Positions 53,166 through 59,187 of a DNA stretch of 59,187 bases are shown piece after piece; position 1 is the first letter of the stretch; every line of letters starts with the position of its first letter. The position numbers and the translations under genes were made by a program. The stretch spans positions 62,001 to 121,187 of the forward strand of contig CAZWDO010000013.1 in NCBI GenBank assembly GCA_964632485.1. The letters are read 5' to 3'. Under the pieces are notes generated by a model that was not told the DNA's origin, ran no database searches, and saw nothing but the letters and a program-made list of their open reading frames with translations. Origin of the DNA: an uncultured bacterium (GTDB lineage Bacteria > JAGOEH01).

Positions 53166-53340
53166 GATGAAAACAATGTCCATCGTAAAAATTAGATTGT
53201 CAATTATTAATTGTTAATTCTGAATGATAACAAATAATTTGAATTATGAATTAACTTATTATGCTGTTTTACAATGAGTTGACAGTAGTAAATAAAAATA
53301 GATTGAAGAATTATTTTATGAATATAATTAAATTTTTTGC

Positions 53341-53369
53341 TTGACATCCTGATTTAAATTGATTATAAT
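53341..53369 (+). promoter_or_regulatory. Perfect sigma70 consensus promoter
   Basis: TTGACA-17bp-TATAAT preceded by an AT-rich tract. Confidence 0.8.
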
Positions 53370-53590
53370 GGATCGAAGGCAAAAAAATCTCCGGGAGAAA
53401 GGACCGTGAGATTGGAACAAAACGTAAGGAGCCGTGATTTGGAAAAGGCAATGGAATTGAAACGCAACGAAAGGATTCCGGACGCATGCATGGAGATTGT
53501 CGGGATCATGTTCAGGTAGAGACATCATTAAGTAGATTGATATTACGATGTCGGTCAAATCTGAATTTTATATATAGCAATCTAAGTAAT

Positions 53591-53675
53591 TACAGGTTCA
53601 ATCAGGTTCAGTCAATTCCGGTCAATTCCGGTCAATTCCGGTCAATTCCGGTCAATTCCGGTCAATTCCGGTCAA
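53591..53675. repeat. 10-bp tandem array (GTCAATTCCG)x6.5 preceded by two degenerate units
   Basis: Six exact copies at 53611-53670 plus GTCAA; TACAGGTTCA and ATCAGGTTCA precede them in register. Confidence 0.95.
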
Positions 53676-53994
53676 AAGGCCGCGCCCGGTTTTGGGCGGG
53701 TTGCGGCATTGGAAGCCCGGATTTATGCAACCGGAACTCTCATATACCGCGAAAGGGGCATCATTCTCCGCTCAGTTGCATCTCAATTATCTGCCCTCAT
53801 TACCTGAAATGTCTCACCCATCCGATAGTGGAGCGGGCGTGGTTCATAGCTCTGCGTCCGCTCGCATATTTGTTCGAACTCCGTCGCGCCAATTTCATGT
53901 ATGCCGAGTTCTGCCGCTGGGTCTGAATTCCCTATCAATCCTTCGTTTCTAACTGTTTATGATGTTAAAATAAATTAACAAAAAGGATTGTTAA

Positions 53995-55632
53995 ATGAAA
54001 CGCTATTTGTTTTTGATCCTGATGATGATCTTCAGTCTGATGTTTTTTTGCAGCGACAAGGATTCACAATCTTCATTGGTCGATGATACCAATAATTCAA
54101 GTGTACTGGAAAAGAACGGCAAGAAAATTGAAATCACGACGGATGATTATATCGTGATAGAAGAATTGAAGAATAAAAAAGATAAAAAGCCAATAGAAAA
54201 AGCCAAGCTGATTGAATTGGAATTGAAGTATTTCAGTATGGCCATGGCGTTGCTGGTTACGGAAGAAGATGTCTGCACCCTATTGAAAAACAATATCGCC
54301 AAGCAATTTGACGGTGATTATGATGTATTGTGGGGCGATTTAAAAGATGTGAAGCTCAATCGCGGTCAGTTTAAGAAAATGCTGGAGGCATGTTTTGATG
54401 AATCGGCGAAAAAGTTGCTGAAAGCGGAGGATTTTGATGCGATTAAACTTCTCAATCTTGCAATACCCGTACAATTTGAGAACTGGGATGGCATATCACC
54501 ATTGCTGGTTACGTATTGTCCGATAACGATCAATGATATTGATGTACAAACTCTGGAAGCTTTTGACGCTGAATTGAATGTTACGATACTCGATGCGCAA
54601 AAAGAACCAAGTTTCCCTGTTTTAGTGATCGGTATGAATGAGCGTGTCGATGAGAATACAATGCAAGTGAAAAGAGATGGCATAGTGGAGATACGCGATG
54701 CAAACCCAAGTAATCCAATCTGCCAATCAGCAAATCGTAAAATGACTCTGGATCCTAAATCAAAAGAGATCATTACCAATCAAGAAGTCAGTAATCATCT
54801 AAGTAAGAGACTGAATGCAGTTCCATTCTATTTGGAATGGTTTAAATCAGGGGACAATTCTGAATACTGGTGGTGTGGAGCTGGAGAGTTTAATTTTTAT
54901 TTTTTGACTGATTTAGGAAAAACAGTAATGTATCGAAAAACAGGAATTGCGAGCCACCATGCTTATCATCCTCAACAATTATTATTCTATTTTTATGAAG
55001 ATATTGGTAAGTATTTAGCTGTCAAGATTTATGAAACGGATGGATCAGGTGCTGACCTTACCATTAGTTTATCGATAACCAAATATGGAGTAACTGTAAG
55101 TGGTAGTTGGGAACTTGATGACGATGATGATCCAATCGGCACAAATGAATTAATAAATATGTCTTTTGGTCCACTTTATTCAGACAGGACTCAAGAACCT
55201 ACATGGGGGACTTCCTATCCAGTAGGGGATTGCCAATTGACATTCTGGTGGGATTATAAAGAGTGCTGGCCAATAAATAGTTTGCCCTATATCCATCAAT
55301 ATACCAATATCGGCAAAGGAAATGACTGGGATGTCCTGGGAGCGGATGGCGAGGACGTCGCCTATCTGCTTGAAGTCAATGAACAGTCATGGCTGGATAT
55401 TCAGACCTGCAATGGCTACACTAATTTCGATACGAAAATTGAAATTTTCGATTGCTATGGTTCTTCAACCGGCCAATATAATGACAATTGGATATACTGT
55501 GACTGCATCACTCCCTGGCATGCCGGGCTTAGCAATATTCCCTTCCCTCCGGGTTTATATTACATCGTGGTTGATGGGAATCCGCAAACTTTGGGATCTG
55601 GCGTATATCAATTGGAAGTGAGAACACATTGA
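53995..55632 (+). CDS. Secreted lipoprotein, DUF3103-like N-terminus and PPC-like beta-sandwich C-terminus
   Basis: Lipoprotein-like signal (MKRYLF...FFC), P...AFD...LD...P..PVLVIG.NER segment, acidic DDDDD motif, and FDTKIEIFD...PGLYYIVVDG...YQLEV. Confidence 0.7.
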   Translation: MKRYLFLILMMIFSLMFFCSDKDSQSSLVDDTNNSSVLEKNGKKIEITTDDYIVIEELKNKKDKKPIEKAKLIELELKYFSMAMALLVTEEDVCTLLKNNIAKQFDGDYDVLWGDLKDVKLNRGQFKKMLEACFDESAKKLLKAEDFDAIKLLNLAIPVQFENWDGISPLLVTYCPITINDIDVQTLEAFDAELNVTILDAQKEPSFPVLVIGMNERVDENTMQVKRDGIVEIRDANPSNPICQSANRKMTLDPKSKEIITNQEVSNHLSKRLNAVPFYLEWFKSGDNSEYWWCGAGEFNFYFLTDLGKTVMYRKTGIASHHAYHPQQLLFYFYEDIGKYLAVKIYETDGSGADLTISLSITKYGVTVSGSWELDDDDDPIGTNELINMSFGPLYSDRTQEPTWGTSYPVGDCQLTFWWDYKECWPINSLPYIHQYTNIGKGNDWDVLGADGEDVAYLLEVNEQSWLDIQTCNGYTNFDTKIEIFDCYGSSTGQYNDNWIYCDCITPWHAGLSNIPFPPGLYYIVVDGNPQTLGSGVYQLEVRTH

Positions 55633-55686
55633 TGCCGTTTAATGCATTGTTCACAATGAATGATTTAATTTAACAGTCTTATTTGC

Positions 55687-55720
55687 CTCCCCATCTCAAA
55701 AATGGGATGGGGAGTTTTTT
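55687..55720 (+). terminator. Intrinsic terminator
   Basis: CTCCCCATCTCA-aaaa-TGGGATGGGGAG followed by TTTTTT. Confidence 0.85.
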
Positions 55721-55753
55721 GAAAGAAACCTATAACATATTAAAGGAGCTGCA

Positions 55754-57274
55754 ATGAATAATAATGTGTATGTAAATATATCGACCAATCGTGTAAAACG
55801 ATTGCTGTGCATTGTAATTTTAACTATGTTTATGGCATCGCCCGCGGCCGCGCAGTGGAGTGAAAGTCTGGAACTGTTCCCGGATCAGGCGGTTCCATTT
55901 ACTGATCTGGAAGATGCATTGTCAGTGCCGATCATGGTTGCTCAATGTGATTCCCAGGGTCGCATTCATCTGATCTGGATCGATGATAACGCCGCCACTC
56001 CTGAAATTTTCTATTCGGTACGGTCGCAGTGTACCTGGTCGGCGCCGTTGAACATTTCACGGCGCCCGGGCATCTCCTTCATGCCCAATCTGGCCATCGA
56101 CTCGCATGACGGCATCCATTGCGCCTGGACGGAATGGAACGGCGATACCGTCGCTCAGGCCTGTTATACCGAAAAACCGGCAAATGGAAGCTGGTCTGAG
56201 CCAATCATCATTTCGGACACCACCCGCTACCTTGCCTCTTATCCCGTCATGGCCATCGATGCGAATGACAATATTCATTTCATGTGGAGCGACTATTCTC
56301 AGCTTAGCGATTATTCTAATAGAATTGGATTTCTTGCATTTCGCATTAAATACGCGAATAATGAATGGTCTGATTTTCTGGCCCCTCCCCTGAAAGAACG
56401 TTATCCTTTTCGACCTGAAATTCTTTTCGACAAGCAGGGAAGGCTGCATTGTTTGTGGTATGATTCAATCGAAGGGTTGGGACGATCCATCCAGCATAGC
56501 GCCTGGGATGGGGCTTCATGGTCCGCTACGGAGTTAGTGGCGGGAGGCTGGATTATGGATGATTTCGGCTTGGGAGTCTGCATGGACAGCAGTTCGCGAA
56601 TTTATTGCGTTTGGTATGATTATTGGGAAAATTATTCCTACTTGACATACCTGGACGAAAACCAGCCCTGGAGTGTTCCGATCAGTATGGATTATTTAAA
56701 CCGGGCTGGTCAATTGGTTGTTGATCAATACAATGCCGTTCATTGCGTTATGAATGATATGTATAATACGATTTGCTATCAGCGTTTCTCAAACAATGAA
56801 TTATTGACAAGTGTTGAGCATTTTGGAAAATCCTTGATGGGTACAGACCTTTGTCCATATCCTGAATTGATTATCTGCAACGACACCTTGTGGTGCTTTT
56901 CCCTGGGATTCGAGGATCATGCCCGCTTGCTGGTCAATACCCGTCCCCTCGAACCGCCCTCGGGAATCGATGACGGGGATATCTCTCCGGAGATTTGCCA
57001 TGAACCGATGATTCGTTTTTCCCCCAATCCGTTCCGAGGGCAAACCCGAATCGAATATCACCCATCGGTGGCGGGGCTTGTCCGTTTGGCGATCTTTGAT
57101 GTGCTGGGCCGGGAAGTCGTCCAACTGGTCAATGATTATCGCGAGGCGAAACCCTGCCAAGTGGAGTGGGACGGCAGCGATCACTCGGGGCATCCGGCGC
57201 CCGCGGGAATCTATTTCTACCGGCTCGAATGCGCCGGGCAAACCGCCACGGGCAAGCTGATGCGGATGAAATGA
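55754..57274 (+). CDS. Secreted beta-propeller (BNR-like repeat) protein with a FlgD-Ig/T9SS-like C-terminal domain
   Basis: Signal peptide; repeats P.LA.DS.G.IH..W...WS.P; tail PNPF...IFDVLGREV..L...WDG.D..G...PAGIYFYRL. Confidence 0.85.
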   Translation: MNNNVYVNISTNRVKRLLCIVILTMFMASPAAAQWSESLELFPDQAVPFTDLEDALSVPIMVAQCDSQGRIHLIWIDDNAATPEIFYSVRSQCTWSAPLNISRRPGISFMPNLAIDSHDGIHCAWTEWNGDTVAQACYTEKPANGSWSEPIIISDTTRYLASYPVMAIDANDNIHFMWSDYSQLSDYSNRIGFLAFRIKYANNEWSDFLAPPLKERYPFRPEILFDKQGRLHCLWYDSIEGLGRSIQHSAWDGASWSATELVAGGWIMDDFGLGVCMDSSSRIYCVWYDYWENYSYLTYLDENQPWSVPISMDYLNRAGQLVVDQYNAVHCVMNDMYNTICYQRFSNNELLTSVEHFGKSLMGTDLCPYPELIICNDTLWCFSLGFEDHARLLVNTRPLEPPSGIDDGDISPEICHEPMIRFSPNPFRGQTRIEYHPSVAGLVRLAIFDVLGREVVQLVNDYREAKPCQVEWDGSDHSGHPAPAGIYFYRLECAGQTATGKLMRMK

Positions 57275-57403
57275 GGAAAGCCCTTGGCCGGTAAATGCAT
57301 TCCGGCGGAAAAAATCGGCCATGCTTCCGGGTATGGGGATTGCGAGAATTTAAAGTTGTTCCGATAGGACTCAATTGATGAAAAACTTTCAAAGGAGTAA
57401 TGT

Positions 57404-57979
57404 GTGAGAAAACTTTCGCTTTAATTGGCTTTTGTCATCTGGACGGCTCAACAAACCCCGGGGTGGGAATTGGGACTGGATTACGGATTCTATGGCGTCG
57501 AGAACTACGATCCGAATGTCGCCGGATATGGCATTCATCTGTTTTGGAACGTTTCCGATCGTACCGGCGCCGATCTGTCGTTTTCGCATTGGGGCGGTGA
57601 GGACGGTAACTTCACAACCATGAAGCGGTATCACGACTCGTATTCCATGACGGGTAGTTTTTTTGGTAATACCGGCATATCCTTTGCGCTCCATTACTGT
57701 CTTATGAACCGGGATGGTTGGCGGATTGCCCTGGGCGGCGGGTTTTCCGGCTGGGAGAAGGTCAAGGTGAACGATATGACGGATTCCTATATCAATACTT
57801 ATTCGTTGTATGAATCGGGCGTGGATGTTTCGGCATTGATCCGGAAAGAACTCACTAAAAAGCTTTTCTGCTTCGTGAAACTTAGGGGTTCAGTCCCTCT
57901 TGACTTCATCCATAACGGAGTTCCCCGACCCAATTGGGGAAATCTGTCGCTGGGTTTGGCTTACTGTATATTCCGGTGA
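57404..57979 (+). pseudogene. Small outer-membrane beta-barrel-like protein with a nonsense codon in the signal peptide
   Basis: AAGGAG RBS, then GTG AGA AAA CTT TCG CTT TAA TTG GCT... (MRKLSL*LAFVIW), in frame with ORF 57425..57979. That ORF has alternating beta-strand patterns ending in LSLGLAY. Confidence 0.6.
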
Positions 57980-58543
57980 AATGCGCCAATCGGATCCATG
58001 GTGAGACTATTCCCTGCATGCTGGTCTCGGCTATGCATGAATTGAGGGATAGTCAGGTTTGACTTGGAATCCAGCGCGCTTTCCTTACCATTCCGGACTT
58101 GAGCACCAGTGCGGCTCCGGATCGCACGGACAGTCAAGCCCGGAATAACCTCCATAGTCTTACCGCACTTGATGCGGCATCATGAGAAAAGAAGGATTAC
58201 CCGTCCGAAAGGACGACCATGCGCCGCATCTGACAGCGAACGTCCCCGCCGAGCGTGGGCGTCAGTTCGCTTTTCGCCGGAATCGGCGCGTCGCGCCTCG
58301 GGAGCGTGTCCATCTTCCACCATGGCGTCCGCCCTTCGGTCTGGCCGATGCGGCGCGCGAAGGCGTGACCCGGCTCATGGCCCGCATCCGAATCATTTAA
58401 TTATCATTGCTTTTGATATAATTAAATAGTTTTATTGCTTATATTATTATATGCTGATGTATTATCCTATTTATCAGCTAATTGCATATAATTATTCATC
58501 TACGATAAAATAAAATATTATTCAGATTACTTGCATTTTTTGC

Positions 58544-58572
58544 TTGACTTTTCGCTTTGAATGGCGTATTAT
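58544..58572 (+). promoter_or_regulatory. Near-consensus sigma70 promoter
   Basis: TTGACT-17bp-TATTAT, preceded by TTTTTTGC and an AT-rich tract as at 53341. Confidence 0.7.
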
Positions 58573-58790
58573 GCGACAACGGAAATCATATCCCGGGAAA
58601 CCGGGCTCGAAAAACGGAACGCCAGGCGAACTTGCATGAACATAATACGGCTGCATCGGGGAGTTTCAATTACCCGATGCAGCCTGATCGGCGAAAGGGC
58701 GAAACTCGCTTGAAGAGCCGTCGACATCGGGTCGCCACCGCCATCCCTTGCCATATATATGATATGAAGGAAATCCGGGGGTTGCATTTT

Positions 58791-58832
58791 CCCGAATTCT
58801 CGCGAACTCTCACAAACTCTCACAAACTCTCA
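58791..58832. repeat. 10-bp tandem array CCCGAATTCT/CGCGAACTCT/CACAAACTCT/CACAAACTCT
   Basis: Four in-register units; the last two are identical. Confidence 0.8.
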
Positions 58833-59152
58833 GGGCCGCGGCCGGCGGCGAGCGATCCCCGCTCATCGCGAAAACGGCTACCCGGAGCTCCGGGCTGCCG
58901 CATCCCCCGCGCCCTATCTGACATTTCCCGCTCCCTCATGCGCAGCGGGAACGCATCCATGCCTTCGAACGGCGCCCGAATGGCTTTTCGCCCTCTCCCG
59001 CGCCCATTACCTCCATGCGGAGTTCTGCCGATGGATCTGAGCATTCCCGACGGATGCCTTCAATTCGTCGGGCAAAATATCGTTCATTTAATTTGTGAGA
59101 CCGAGTGTATCCATCAAAGAATGGAAACTGTCAACATCATCAGGAGATTCCA

Positions 59153-59187
59153 ATGAAACGTTTACTCATAGTGTCATGTATCTTATG
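59153..59187 (+). CDS. 5' end of a signal-peptide-bearing protein (partial)
   Basis: AGGAG RBS, then MKRLLIVSCIL...; runs off the window. Confidence 0.6.
   Translation, partial: MKRLLIVSCIL

Noticed and set aside
53611-53675. CRISPR array
   Set aside because: The units are 10 bp, head to tail, with no spacers and no cas genes.
52651-53952. ORFs 52651..53088(-), 52674..52940(+), 53486..53926(+), 53692..53952(+)
   Set aside because: Pro/Arg/Ser-rich low-information translations. One starts inside the sigma54 promoter and one merely reads through the 10-bp array.
58685-58740. c-di-GMP-I (GEMM) riboswitch
   Set aside because: GGCGAAA resembles the 5' part, but the GAAA-capped P2, GCAAA junction and tetraloop receptor are not found.
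58109-59156. ORFs 58109..58429, 58557..59156 and antisense partners
   Set aside because: Arg/Pro-rich with no RBS; 58557 begins within the predicted promoter. They are better explained as GC-rich non-coding sequence.

Overview
Chromosomal window of an anaerobic diderm bacterium. It is probably FCB-group-like, inferred from lpxK, a TonB receptor, a GWxTD-type protein, a GldAFG-like ABC system and FlgD/T9SS-like C-terminal sorting domains. About 37 protein genes or fragments are present. In order: the tail of a VgrG-like gene and a MORN/YwqK protein; a sigma54 two-component pair and a REC-PP2C protein; a flavinylated NapH-like protein and a TonB receptor followed by a decayed paralog tail; a six-gene [FeFe]-hydrogenase operon; gldA/F/G-like ABC genes, OprB, SpsF, pepP, glgA and CocE; a second sigma54 activator, a GWxTD-like protein, AI-2E, hppA and lpxK; a receiver-PPDK_N protein, PAS/HD-GYP and gdhA; and a gene-sparse right end with secreted proteins. 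Three signals stand out. (1) One HydA is flanked by two different NuoE/NuoF modules: a bifurcating-type HydB fused to a GltD/NADPH domain, and a non-bifurcating-type HydB. (2) Two consensus sigma54 promoters with upstream enhancer-like sites fire into ORF-less DNA: a ~110-nt terminated sRNA candidate at 4757-4871 and a structured RNA candidate at ~52696-53165. (3) Two homologous ~600-nt leaders each combine a consensus sigma70 promoter, a different 10-bp tandem array and a conserved 42-bp block ahead of signal-peptide genes. No rRNA, tRNA, CRISPR array or transposase was recognised. All calls are by eye, with no database searches.
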